A stretch of DNA of 61,966 bases from Myxococcota bacterium (GTDB taxonomy: Bacteria; Myxococcota_A; UBA796; UBA2385). A program made the translations under genes and the position numbers. Below the pieces are notes generated by a model that searched no databases, was not told where the DNA came from, and saw nothing but the letters and a program-made list of their open reading frames with translations. How positions within the stretch are numbered: position 1 is the stretch's first letter; every line of letters begins with the position of its first letter. Of this stretch, positions 12,566-21,989 are shown piece by piece. The stretch spans positions 1 to 61,966 of the forward strand of contig JBIJDH010000031.1 of assembly GCA_044344255.1 (NCBI GenBank). The letters run 5' to 3'.

Positions 12566-14335
12566 TCAACGGGCGGTGCAGCGCCTCAACCCAGCGCGAC
12601 AGGAGAGCGTGAGCGGGTGGTCGGCCTCGACCGTGACCGAGCCTGCGTTCACCGTCTCGCCGGCGAAGGTGGCCCGGATGAGGTAGCTGCCGGGCGAGAC
12701 CATGCCCGGGAGCTGGTAGGAGCCGGCCGTGCCTTCCAGGCGGACGGCGTCCGCGTCACCGCTGACCCCCACGCGGCTCGGGGCGGAGGCGGTGGAGACG
12801 GGAGGCGGTGCGTCCAGGGAGCCCTCGGGCGCCGCATCTTCGGCCTCTTCTTCGCCCTTGGTGCCCTCCACCTCGCGAGCCGCGGTCGTTCGCTGGGTGT
12901 CGGGCGTTCGCTTGGAGTCTATAGCCGCTCGGTCGGGGGCCTCGGGGGGCGGGGGCGGTGGGTTTGACTCGGAGGGCGTCGGCGGGCCCTCCTCGGGCCG
13001 GGACGGCGCGGCCTGGGGATCGCTGAGGAGCTCATCCAGCGGATCTTCGGCTCCAGCGCCCCCCTCGGCACCCGTGGCCTCCTGCGCCTCCACGTGGTCG
13101 ATGACAGGCACCGCCTCGACGGCGGGCGCCCTGTAGAAGACCCAGAACAGGGCGACCGCGACGCCGAGGAGGGCGACGCCGACCGCGACGGCGGTGAAGG
13201 CGGCGATCCCGGCGAATACGCCAGCGTTGGAGGGGCGCTCCACGGCGATCGAGCCCGAGCCGGTGGAGTCATCGTCGGGCGCCTCCCGGACGAACCGGGC
13301 CTCCGTCGCGGCGCTCCTTGGCGCGGCTGCGTCCTCGGGTGCGACGCGGTCGGGCACCAATGATTGCTCGGCGAGGATACGCCCGGAGAGACCATCTTCG
13401 AGGGGCTCCCGGTGCGCGAGCAGCCGGGGGACGGTCTCTTCGGCCCAGTCCTTGAGCCAAGGCTCGGGGAAGCGCCCCCGCAAGACGCGGGCCCTTCGCG
13501 CGAGGTCGCGGGCGCCCGGCCGCACCCGCTCATCGTAGGCGATGCAGTCTGCGACGAGCTGGACGAAGGGCTCGTCCGGCAGCCGCTCATAGAGCCGGAG
13601 CAGGGCGGCCTCGATGTGCGCGAGGTGCCGCTCCCGGTTCCCAGAGGCTCGCCCGAGCGGCTCTCCCATGACCAGCTCAAAGAGGATCGCGCCGAGGGCG
13701 TAGACGTCGCCGGAGGGGGCGTCGATCCCGTCGAGACGCTCGGGGCTCATGTAGGGCAGCGAGCCGAAGAAGAGCGAGCGGGTCACGCTCTCCTTCTGCT
13801 GGAATTCGGCGTGAGCGACGCCAAAGTCGAGGATCTTCACTTCGCCGTTGGGGGTCAGCTGGAGGTTGGAGGGCTTGAGGTCCCGGTGCAGGACCCGAAG
13901 GGGAGCTCCGTCGTGCCCCGGGGTCTCGAAGGCGCTGTGCAGGGCTCCCGCGACCTCCTCCACGATCTCGCAGGCCGGCCCAACCGGCATCGCCCCTTCG
14001 CTCAGCACCCGCTTGAGATCGACGCCCTCGACGTACTCCATCACCACGGTCCAGCGGCCGTTGAGCTGCTGGAGGCCGTCCACGCGGACGATGGCCCGAT
14101 GGTGGAGGAGGCCGAGCATCCGAGCCTCGTCGCGCAAGCGATGGGCGAACTCGGGGGTGTCGGCGAGCTCTGGGTTGAGCACCTTGAGCGCCACCCGCTT
14201 CCGAAAGCCTCCTGCGCTCAGCAGATCGGCGCGGTAAACCGTGCCGAAGCCGCCCTTGCCGACGGCCTCGATGACCTGGTATCGCCGGTTCTCGCCAGTG
14301 GTGGTGGTGCCGGCGGTAGGAGGGACCTCAGACAT
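12566..14335 (-). CDS. Membrane Ser/Thr protein kinase with C-terminal two-Cys beta domain
   Basis: GKGGFG, VALK, HRDLKPSN, DFG and YMSPE all intact; one TM helix. Start at ATG 14335; the ORF-track extension is antisense to GH92. Confidence 0.95.
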   Translation of the reverse strand: MSEVPPTAGTTTTGENRRYQVIEAVGKGGFGTVYRADLLSAGGFRKRVALKVLNPELADTPEFAHRLRDEARMLGLLHHRAIVRVDGLQQLNGRWTVVMEYVEGVDLKRVLSEGAMPVGPACEIVEEVAGALHSAFETPGHDGAPLRVLHRDLKPSNLQLTPNGEVKILDFGVAHAEFQQKESVTRSLFFGSLPYMSPERLDGIDAPSGDVYALGAILFELVMGEPLGRASGNRERHLAHIEAALLRLYERLPDEPFVQLVADCIAYDERVRPGARDLARRARVLRGRFPEPWLKDWAEETVPRLLAHREPLEDGLSGRILAEQSLVPDRVAPEDAAAPRSAATEARFVREAPDDDSTGSGSIAVERPSNAGVFAGIAAFTAVAVGVALLGVAVALFWVFYRAPAVEAVPVIDHVEAQEATGAEGGAGAEDPLDELLSDPQAAPSRPEEGPPTPSESNPPPPPPEAPDRAAIDSKRTPDTQRTTAAREVEGTKGEEEAEDAAPEGSLDAPPPVSTASAPSRVGVSGDADAVRLEGTAGSYQLPGMVSPGSYLIRATFAGETVNAGSVTVEADHPLTLSCRAGLRRCTAR

Positions 14336-14446
14336 CGTCACGCTTTTGGGGCAGTCACTTTTTTTGGGCAGGCACTCTGGGGGCGAGCACACGGCACGGT
14401 CCGGCGCGAGTTGGCCAGCCCTGGTCAAACAGCGTACCATCGCAGG

Positions 14447-16804
14447 GTGAAGCCCGCCCATCTGCCCTTCCTCCCGCGAGCGGTCGCGCCCCCGCGTCGC
14501 CCAGCGTGCCTTCGCCCCCAACGCCGCCGGGGCCACGTCGGCTGGTGCGCGCTCGTCGCCCTCGGGGGCGGAGGGTGCGCTGACGAGGGCGCCAAGCACG
14601 CCGATCCCGGTCCGCCGGTCGAGCTCGTCCCCTACGTAGAGCCGGTCATCTCCACGGGTGGGGATGGTTTTGGGGTCGGCTGCGGGTACCCCGGCGCGGC
14701 GGTCCCGCTCGGCCTCGTCAAGGTCAGCCCGGACACGGCCAACCAGTATGGCGCGGCGCCGGGCGTGTACCACGGGGGCGGATACCACGCGAACGACAGC
14801 CACATCACGGCCTTCTCGCACATCCACCTCCACGGCGTTGGCCTCACGGACTACGGCCTGCTGGGCTTCATGCCGGTGGACGGCATGACCGAGGCGCGTC
14901 GGACCGACGTCGGTCACATGGCTGCCTTCTCCCACACGCAAGAGGTCGCCTCCGCCGGCCTCTACTCGGTCACCCTCGACGATCCAGCGATCGGCGTGCG
15001 CCTCTCGGCCACCGAGCACACCGCGGTGCACGAGTACAGCTTCCCCGCCGACGTGGTGGATCCCACCGTCCTCATCGACCTCGGGCACGTGATGGACGGC
15101 GGCGTCGTGTGGTCGAGCGGGCTCCAGCTCGACGCTGAGTCGGGCACCCTCGAGGGCTGGATCACCCAGGACGGGGCGATGGCGGCCCCCTTCACCCTCT
15201 GGTTCAAGGCCGCCTTTGACCAGCCGATCGTCGGCTACGGGGTATGGACCGACGAGGGGCTGCAAGAAGGGAGCGCCGCGGTGTCGACGAGCGACCCCGG
15301 GGTCGGCGTGGAGGGGATCGAGATCTCGGGCGTGAGGAACGGCGCGTGGCTCCGCTTCTCCGGGGGCACCGTCCGGGCTCGAGTCGCGGTCAGCCTCACC
15401 GACGCGGCGGGGGCCCGAGCGAATTTCGAGCTGGAGGACGCGCACGGCTTCGACGTCGAGGCCACGGCCGCGGCCGCGGCTGAGGCCTGGGAGGAGACCT
15501 TCCGTCCGGTGAGCGTGTGGGGCGGCACCGAGGAGGAGCGAGTCCTCTTCGCGTCGGCGCTCTACCACAGCAACCTCATGCCCCAGCGGATGGGAGACGC
15601 CGATGGGCGCTACCTAGGCTTCGACGGTGGCCTGCACCTCGAGGCGGGCAGCCGGTACTTCAGCGACATGTCCCTCTGGGACACGTACCGCACCACCCAC
15701 CCGCTCTACACGTTGCTCTGGCCGGAAGCCCACCAGGAGATGCTGCGCTCCCTGTCTCGAATGGCGGAGCAGGGGGGCGCGCTGCCGAAGTGGCCGATCG
15801 CAACATGGGACGGCGGCTTCATGGTGGGCTCACCCGCCCACATCGTGGCGGCTGAGGCCTGGCAGAAGGGGCTCCGCGACTTCGGGGAGGACAGCCTCTT
15901 CACCTCGGCCCTCGACATGGCGCGGGGGCGCGGATCGCCGCTGTATGGTGCTCGCCCCGACGTCGCGACCTACGACACCTACGGCTACTACCCCGCCGAT
16001 CTTATCGGCACCTCGGTGTCGTGGACCCAAGAGGTGGCGATCGCCGACTACGCCTTGGCCCAGGTCGACCTCCTGCCCACCGAGGAGCGAGCCTTTCTGG
16101 CCGATCGTGCGAACGCGTGGAAAGAGCTCTACGATCCGGCGGTCGGGTACTTCCATGGCCGGAATTCGGACGGGAGCTGGGTGGACTTCCCTGGAGATGG
16201 ACAGTGGCTCGATGAGTACTCGGAGGGCAACGCCCGCCAGTACCTCTGGCTGGTGCACCACGACGTGCCTGGGCTCTTCGAGGTGCTCGGCGGCGAAGCG
16301 ACCGCGGTCGAGCGCCTCTCAGACTTCTTCATCGAGTCCGATCAGGCCCTCTATGAGGTGGACCGCGGCTTCCCACAGCCCTGGTATTGGCACGGGAATG
16401 AGCCCGACCTCCAAGCCGCGTGGCTCTTCTCCGTCGCCGATCGGCCGGAGCTCAGCTCGCAGTGGGTGCGCTGGGTGAGAGAGACCTGGTACGGCACCGG
16501 CGCCGATGGCCTCGCCGGGAACGACGACGGTGGCACACTCTCGGCCTGGTACGTCTGGGCCGCCCTCGGGCTCTACCCGCTCGCCGGCACGGACCAGTAC
16601 CTGCTCGCCGATCCTGTCTTCCCGCGGGCCAGCGTCCGGGTGGGCGACGGCACCTTCCTCATCACACGGGAGGGAGCATCTCGGGAAGGAGGAGGCGGTT
16701 CGCTGGAGATCACCCTCGATGGGGAGCCCCTCCCGCACGCCTGGATCCGTCACGAGCAGATCCAGCCAGGGGGGCACCTCGCCTTCCGCTGGAGCGCTCC
16801 GTGA
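14447..16804 (+). CDS. GH92 family glycoside hydrolase (alpha-1,2-mannosidase-like), probable lipoprotein
   Basis: YPGAAVPLGLVKVSPDT, FSHIHLHGVG, SLWDTYRT, EGNARQY, HGNEPD, GNDDGGTLSAWY. Start position approximate. Confidence 0.93.
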   Translation: MKPAHLPFLPRAVAPPRRPACLRPQRRRGHVGWCALVALGGGGCADEGAKHADPGPPVELVPYVEPVISTGGDGFGVGCGYPGAAVPLGLVKVSPDTANQYGAAPGVYHGGGYHANDSHITAFSHIHLHGVGLTDYGLLGFMPVDGMTEARRTDVGHMAAFSHTQEVASAGLYSVTLDDPAIGVRLSATEHTAVHEYSFPADVVDPTVLIDLGHVMDGGVVWSSGLQLDAESGTLEGWITQDGAMAAPFTLWFKAAFDQPIVGYGVWTDEGLQEGSAAVSTSDPGVGVEGIEISGVRNGAWLRFSGGTVRARVAVSLTDAAGARANFELEDAHGFDVEATAAAAAEAWEETFRPVSVWGGTEEERVLFASALYHSNLMPQRMGDADGRYLGFDGGLHLEAGSRYFSDMSLWDTYRTTHPLYTLLWPEAHQEMLRSLSRMAEQGGALPKWPIATWDGGFMVGSPAHIVAAEAWQKGLRDFGEDSLFTSALDMARGRGSPLYGARPDVATYDTYGYYPADLIGTSVSWTQEVAIADYALAQVDLLPTEERAFLADRANAWKELYDPAVGYFHGRNSDGSWVDFPGDGQWLDEYSEGNARQYLWLVHHDVPGLFEVLGGEATAVERLSDFFIESDQALYEVDRGFPQPWYWHGNEPDLQAAWLFSVADRPELSSQWVRWVRETWYGTGADGLAGNDDGGTLSAWYVWAALGLYPLAGTDQYLLADPVFPRASVRVGDGTFLITREGASREGGGGSLEITLDGEPLPHAWIRHEQIQPGGHLAFRWSAP

Positions 16805-17496
16805 GGGCCCTTTGGCCGCAGGTCCGGGCGGCGCTGCTGCTGCTTCACCTAGTGGCCGTCGGCCTCTCCGCGGTGCCCGCCCCCGAGGGAGGACTCTCCC
16901 GCTCGGCCTGGAAGGACCCGACGGTCCAAGGCGAGCTCAAGGCGTGGACCGAGAACCTCCGAGCGCTTGGCCTGTCGGTCTCGGCGGATGAGTTCGAAGA
17001 CGGCCTGTGGGGCTTCGCCACGGCGTACATGAAGGGGCGAAAGCAGGTCCTCGCGCCCTTCAAGCCCTACTACCGATACTGCGGCACGACGCAGGCTTGG
17101 CGCATGTTCGTGGCGCCGCACCGCTATCCGGCCCGCCTCTTCGTTGAGGTGTCGGAGCGCGATGAGGGCGATGACTGGCGGCTGGTCTACGAGCAAGACA
17201 CCCCTGGCGCCGACTGGATGAAGGACACCTTCGAGGACGACCGTTTTCGGTCGATCATCTTTCGGTACTCCTGGAAGGCCTACCGGAGGAGCTACAAACA
17301 GATGGGCGATTGGGTGGCGAAACGAGCCGCAGAGGATCTCCCTGGGGTCCGGCGGGTTCGACTCCGTTGGTACAAGTATCGCACACCCTCCCCGCAGGAG
17401 GTCCTGAGATCCCGCATCCCGGAGGGGGAGTTTGTCTATCCGCTGGTGATCGAGGTCCCCGCCGAGGGATCCGATCAGGTCGAGCGCGGCCCGTGA
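16801..17496 (+). CDS. SdpA/DUF5819-like partner of the HTTM protein
   Basis: GTG overlaps the GH92 stop (GTGA). N-terminal TM and QAWRMFVAP motif; immediately upstream of the HTTM gene. Confidence 0.7.
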   Translation: MRALWPQVRAALLLLHLVAVGLSAVPAPEGGLSRSAWKDPTVQGELKAWTENLRALGLSVSADEFEDGLWGFATAYMKGRKQVLAPFKPYYRYCGTTQAWRMFVAPHRYPARLFVEVSERDEGDDWRLVYEQDTPGADWMKDTFEDDRFRSIIFRYSWKAYRRSYKQMGDWVAKRAAEDLPGVRRVRLRWYKYRTPSPQEVLRSRIPEGEFVYPLVIEVPAEGSDQVERGP

Positions 17497-18464
17497 CAGA
17501 GCCTGCCATCGGCGGTGCGGGGCCCTGGGCCCGCTTTGTGGCCTATGCGGGTGAGCGCGAGCCCGGCGAGGCCTTCGCGGTCTTTCGTGTCGCGCTGGGG
17601 CTGGTGCTGCTCCACACCATCGTGAACACGGTCGCCTCCGGCATGGTCCCCGTCCTGTGGCTGAACCCGGAGGACGGCGGCTATCGGGAGCTGGCCACGG
17701 ACTCCTGGCTGGTGACCGCGCTCGGCGGGCCTTCTCCGGGCCTCGTCTGGACCCTGGTGGTGATGTGCCTCCTCAGCGGGCTGGCGCTGGTCCTCGGGCT
17801 GGGCGGCCGGTGGTCGGCGCTGGTCGCCCTTCAGGCCTTCATGGCGCTCGCCTGGATCAATGGCCACGCGGGGGGATCGTACGACCCCTTGTTGACAAAC
17901 TGCCTCTGGATCCTCTTCCTCGGCGACGCCACCGGGACCCTGTCGCTCGACAGCCGGCTTCGGACCGGAGCCTGGACCTCGGCCTCGGGGGCGCCGGTCT
18001 TCGCGCGCCACCTGGTGGTCGTACAGCTGGTCCTCCTGTACTGCTCCTCCGGGCTCCAGAAGGTGAGCACCTACTGGGTGCCGGGCGGCGACTTCTCGGC
18101 GCTGTACTACATCCTTCAACAGCCGACCTGGCAGCGTTGGCCGATGGGCGGGATGGCTCGTGTCTTCGGGCTCACCCAGCTGGCGACGGCGAGCGTCTGG
18201 TTCTTCGAGGTGGGCTCCCCCCTCCTCTGGCTGGCGATGTGGTACCGCCGCACCCGAGAGCGATCCGGATGGCTGAGGGCTACGTTCAATCGGATCGACC
18301 TGCGCTTGTTGTTCGCGATCTTCGGCGTCTCCATGCACCTCGGGATCGCAGCGCTGATGGTGGTCGGCCCCTTCTCATGGCTCTCGATCAGCCTGTACGT
18401 GTGCCTGTTCAGCGGAGAGGAGTGGCGGCGTCGCCTCCCGTCTTGGGCGCGCTCGTCGAACTGA
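17493..18464 (+). CDS. HTTM-domain membrane protein (SdpB / vitamin K-dependent carboxylase-like)
   Basis: AVFRVALG, LSLD, QLVLLYCSSGLQK..W..G and MHLGIAALMVVGPFS; multiple TMs; GTGA overlap with the previous gene. Confidence 0.85.
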   Translation: MTEPAIGGAGPWARFVAYAGEREPGEAFAVFRVALGLVLLHTIVNTVASGMVPVLWLNPEDGGYRELATDSWLVTALGGPSPGLVWTLVVMCLLSGLALVLGLGGRWSALVALQAFMALAWINGHAGGSYDPLLTNCLWILFLGDATGTLSLDSRLRTGAWTSASGAPVFARHLVVVQLVLLYCSSGLQKVSTYWVPGGDFSALYYILQQPTWQRWPMGGMARVFGLTQLATASVWFFEVGSPLLWLAMWYRRTRERSGWLRATFNRIDLRLLFAIFGVSMHLGIAALMVVGPFSWLSISLYVCLFSGEEWRRRLPSWARSSN

Positions 18465-18837
18465 GGCCGGTGTGTGTCAGCCCCGCCCACGCCAGCGTGG
18501 CCCAGCCGCCAAGGAACATGACCCCCCCGATGGGGGTGACGGCGCCCAGCCATCGGGCCCCCGTGAGGGAGAGCGACCAGAGGCTGCCGGTGAAGATGAA
18601 GGCACCGAGCACGAAGGCCCAGCCCGAGAGGCGAGCGCGGGGCAGGCGGTCTGCGTGCAGCGCCACCAGCAACACGGGGACCGCGTGGTAGGCGAGGTAA
18701 CGAGCGCCGATCTCCCAGGTCACCAGCGCATCTGCCGTGAGCGCCTGCTTGAGCGCGTGGGCGCCGAAGGCCCCCCCCGCCACGGCGAGGAAGCCCATCC
18801 CACACCCGAACGCGAAGAGCTGACGGTGCACGTTCAC
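18409..18837 (-). CDS. DUF423 (YgdD/TMEM256) membrane protein
   Basis: GAFGAHAL, YxxYHA, FTGSL and GAVTPIGG motifs. Confidence 0.9.
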   Translation of the reverse strand: MNVHRQLFAFGCGMGFLAVAGGAFGAHALKQALTADALVTWEIGARYLAYHAVPVLLVALHADRLPRARLSGWAFVLGAFIFTGSLWSLSLTGARWLGAVTPIGGVMFLGGWATLAWAGLTHTGLSSTSAPKTGGDAATPLR

Positions 18838-19040
18838 CTCCTCGCCGGGGGTAGCTCTCTCCGCGGTCGTCGCCCACCCGTCCCCGTCGCTGTTTGCCGT
18901 TGAAAGTGGGGTACGCTACGGTCGAGCGTCGACCTGCGGCTCGACGGGCCTTGCCTGTCGTCGCCGCCCAACGCGAGGGTTGTCGCGACCCTCCTCCGCG
19001 AGGTCGATCCGAGCCGAAGTGCAAGCAGTGTCTTGGCTCT

Positions 19041-19068
19041 GTACAATATTCTTGTATGGTATTTGTAC
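19041..19068. promoter_or_regulatory. AT-rich imperfect palindrome, putative operator in a divergent promoter region
   Basis: GTACAA-N16-TTGTAC with a nested TACAA-N5-TTGTA, about 25 bp upstream of ATG 19092. Confidence 0.4.
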
Positions 19069-19091
19069 CCACCTTGAAGTCTGGAAATGTG

Positions 19092-20588
19092 ATGCCGATC
19101 GCGGGAGAAGAGCCCAACATTGGAGACCTCCAACAACCGGACTTACGCGCTGAATTTGCCCGCGTAGGCGCCGAATTGATGGCCGTTCAGGAAGACCTCG
19201 CCCGGCTTGAGCAAGCGAACGGCTCGGACCCTTGGTTGGAGCACCGGACCGCTGCCCGTCTCACACAAGTTCGCTCCCTGCGGGAGGCCTTGTTGTCGGA
19301 GTGGGCGCGCATTGGCCTCTCTTGGCGGGTCCGCGGCGGGCGGGTCGAGCTGGTCATGGGAGGCACGGTGACGGCCGCTCCGCGCGAGGAGCGAGAGGAC
19401 GACCCGGAGACCGAGCAGCCCACCCAGACCGTCATCATCCCCTCCCCCGTCGAGGCCCCGCGCCCCATCGGCCCCCCGGCTGACCTCAGCCAGATTGGCG
19501 CGGTCAACCTGGGGCCGGCGTGGTCGCGGGCGGTCCAGACGCGGCCCCGTGAGGCGGAGCCCGACGAGCTCAAGGAGCTCCTCCGTCCGATGGCGGATCT
19601 GCCCGACGAGTTCTCCGATCCCGAGGCCGTTCGCGCGGAGCTCGCACTGCTCGTGGAGGCCTCGACCCCGGTCAACACCGGCCGCTGGTTGGAGATGCCG
19701 AAGGAGATTCAGCGAGCCCTCGTGGGGCACATCGTGGCCCGCAGCCGCCACGTCCAGGACGATCTCGGCGAGGGGATGCTGCCCGCTGACGCGCTGCCCT
19801 CGTTGGATCGGATCTTCTCTCACCTCACGGCCTTCTCCAAACGTTGGCAGCCCGGCTTCGTGTTCGGGCTGATGCGCGCCCACACCCCGGTGCACCGGAG
19901 CTGGCTGGCCGACGCCCGACATTGGTGGAAGGAGCTCGAGGCTCAGCTACCGCCAGAGGTGGTGCTCAACCCGGAGAAGGCGCTGTTTGACCTCCAGGCC
20001 CTCCTGGAAGAAGAGGGAGAGACTGAAGAGATCGTGGCCAAGGCCCTCGCCGCCCTCGACGCGGGGGTGACCCCAGAGGACAGCCGCCTCGTCCGCCTGA
20101 TGCAGCCACGGCTCTCCCTCTTGAACAAGCACGCCCGCTTCAAGAAGCTCCGAAAGGCGATCCGGGAGGCGCAGCTCGACGACGAGGCCTTCGAGCAGGA
20201 GATGGCCCAAGCGCCTCCCCCGCTCTCGGAGTGGTCCTTCGCCTCGATCGTGGCGGGGAAGCGGGCTGCGATCGTGGGGGGAGACCTCCGTGAGGACGCC
20301 CGTCGACGGATCCAAGAGGCCTTTCACTTCGACTCCGTGGACTGGTACACGACCGACCACAGTCGAAACATCCAGGCCCTGGCCAGCTCCGTCATCGGCG
20401 GCTCCCTGAACTTCGTCATCGTGCTGCGCCGCTTCATCGGGCACGACGTCGATCGGATCGTTCTGCCGGCCTGCAAGGCCGCCGACGTGCCCTGGGTGAG
20501 CGTCGAGCGCGGCTACGGGGTCAACCAGATCCGCCTCGCCATCGAGCGCTTCTTGAGCGGCGCACAGGCGGAGACGCTTCCGAGCTGA
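19092..20588 (+). CDS. Hypothetical helical protein with a C-terminal DUF2325-like domain
   Basis: C-terminus AAIVGG...FVIVLRRFIGH...CKAADVPWV fits the DUF2325 pattern as recalled; N-terminal coiled coil. Confidence 0.7.
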   Translation: MPIAGEEPNIGDLQQPDLRAEFARVGAELMAVQEDLARLEQANGSDPWLEHRTAARLTQVRSLREALLSEWARIGLSWRVRGGRVELVMGGTVTAAPREEREDDPETEQPTQTVIIPSPVEAPRPIGPPADLSQIGAVNLGPAWSRAVQTRPREAEPDELKELLRPMADLPDEFSDPEAVRAELALLVEASTPVNTGRWLEMPKEIQRALVGHIVARSRHVQDDLGEGMLPADALPSLDRIFSHLTAFSKRWQPGFVFGLMRAHTPVHRSWLADARHWWKELEAQLPPEVVLNPEKALFDLQALLEEEGETEEIVAKALAALDAGVTPEDSRLVRLMQPRLSLLNKHARFKKLRKAIREAQLDDEAFEQEMAQAPPPLSEWSFASIVAGKRAAIVGGDLREDARRRIQEAFHFDSVDWYTTDHSRNIQALASSVIGGSLNFVIVLRRFIGHDVDRIVLPACKAADVPWVSVERGYGVNQIRLAIERFLSGAQAETLPS

Positions 20589-20651
20589 GCGGAGAGCGAT
20601 CGACGCCGGAGCCTGTCCTCCGCCCGAGGCGGGTGCGGCCGGGCGCCGGCT

Positions 20652-21989
20652 TCAGGTCCCGCCGAGGATCAGCTCCACGCCGCTGTCTCCGGCGTGGATG
20701 GGCCCGACCAGGGGGCTGTCGACGTCGCCGGGGCCACTGCCGGGCTGGCCGTCGGCGTCGAGGCGGGCCCGAACCCAGACCTCGGCGGGCCACTCTGCGC
20801 CGCCCATCAGGAGATCGTTCTCCGTGAAGCGGAGCTCGGTCGGGGCCGCCGTCGGAGAGAGGCGCTTCGAAGAGACCGGTGGCGGGCTCCCTTGCGCGTT
20901 CCGGTAAACCGTGACGAACAAGACCTTGGCTTGATCGGTGGAGACCCCCGGCGCGAGGCTGACCTTTCCACTGAAACGTGTGGTGCTGCCCTCGGAGACG
21001 GCCATCGCCATCCCGCTGGAGCCTCCGGCGCCGGAGGCCCCGCCCGCCATGGGCGCGCCGCTCGCGCTGGTCGGGGCCTTCGGGGTGGGGTTGCGCGCCT
21101 CGGCGGCGAGCGAGCGGGCGAAGGAGGCCTCGTCGGGGCGGAGCCCGAGCTTGAGGGCCTCATCGGCCTCCGCCGCCGCAGCATCCGCCTGGCCCGTCTG
21201 CAGGAGGACCAGGGCGTGCCAGAGGCGAGCCTTTCCGGAGCCCGGATGGCTGACGATCACTTGAGCGAGCGCGACCTCCGCCTTGTCATGCATACCAACC
21301 GCGACCTGGAGGACGGCGAGGTGCACCAGCACGTCCGGATCTGCGGGCGCGATCACGCGAGCGCGGTCGAGGTAAGACATCGCCCCTTCGAAGTTCCGCG
21401 AAAGCAGCGCATCGTAGGTCAACGTATTGAGGGCGGCGAGGTTGTCGGGCTCGGTCTCCAGGGTCTTCTTCGCAGCCTCGATCGCCGCGATCAGGGCCTG
21501 CTCCTCGGGGGAGGGTGGCGCGGCGCTCCCGCCGCCCATCGCTCCGCCCGCGGAACCGCCAGTCATCGAGCCTCCTCCGGTTCGAGGCGAGCTGAATTGG
21601 ACGAGCAGGAAGCCCAGGAGGACGAAGAAGCCGACCGCGCCAGAGATGTAGGCGACGGCGCTCCCCCGAGATCTTGGCGGAGCGCTCGCGCGGGCTTCGT
21701 CGCTCGGCGCCGAGCTCTGTTCGACGGAGTCGAGGTCCTCGATCGCCGTCGCCGCGGCGCGGATCAGCTCCTCCCGCCGGGCCTGAAATTCATCCTCTTC
21801 GAGCTTGCCTCGGTCGCCCTCCAAGGCCCGGATCTCCTCGATCAGGGTCACCTTCCGCGCCAGGAGGTCTTCTTCACGAGCGAGGCGGGCGGGGGCGGAG
21901 ACCAACCGGGCCCGGAGGGCGAGCGCCATCCCCACGATGATCGCGACGGCGAGGACGAGGAGGGGCGGCCCCCAGACTTGCCAGTTCAT
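20652..21989 (-). CDS. ccmI: Cytochrome c biogenesis TPR protein CcmI/CycH
   Basis: Two N-terminal TMs, TPR repeats and a CycH-like C-terminus (PPVSSKRL..VRARLDADG); last gene of the ccm operon. Confidence 0.8.
   Translation of the reverse strand: MNWQVWGPPLLVLAVAIIVGMALALRARLVSAPARLAREEDLLARKVTLIEEIRALEGDRGKLEEDEFQARREELIRAAATAIEDLDSVEQSSAPSDEARASAPPRSRGSAVAYISGAVGFFVLLGFLLVQFSSPRTGGGSMTGGSAGGAMGGGSAAPPSPEEQALIAAIEAAKKTLETEPDNLAALNTLTYDALLSRNFEGAMSYLDRARVIAPADPDVLVHLAVLQVAVGMHDKAEVALAQVIVSHPGSGKARLWHALVLLQTGQADAAAAEADEALKLGLRPDEASFARSLAAEARNPTPKAPTSASGAPMAGGASGAGGSSGMAMAVSEGSTTRFSGKVSLAPGVSTDQAKVLFVTVYRNAQGSPPPVSSKRLSPTAAPTELRFTENDLLMGGAEWPAEVWVRARLDADGQPGSGPGDVDSPLVGPIHAGDSGVELILGGT

Noticed and set aside
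13364..15568. Apparent 2.2-kb overlap of the kinase and GH92 ORFs
   Set aside because: Both are spurious upstream extensions; homology starts near 14335 (-) and 14447 (+).
18409..18464. Convergent 3' overlap (also 29391-29421 and 45887-45900) as antisense regulation
   Set aside because: Short tail overlaps are common in high-GC, stop-poor genomes.
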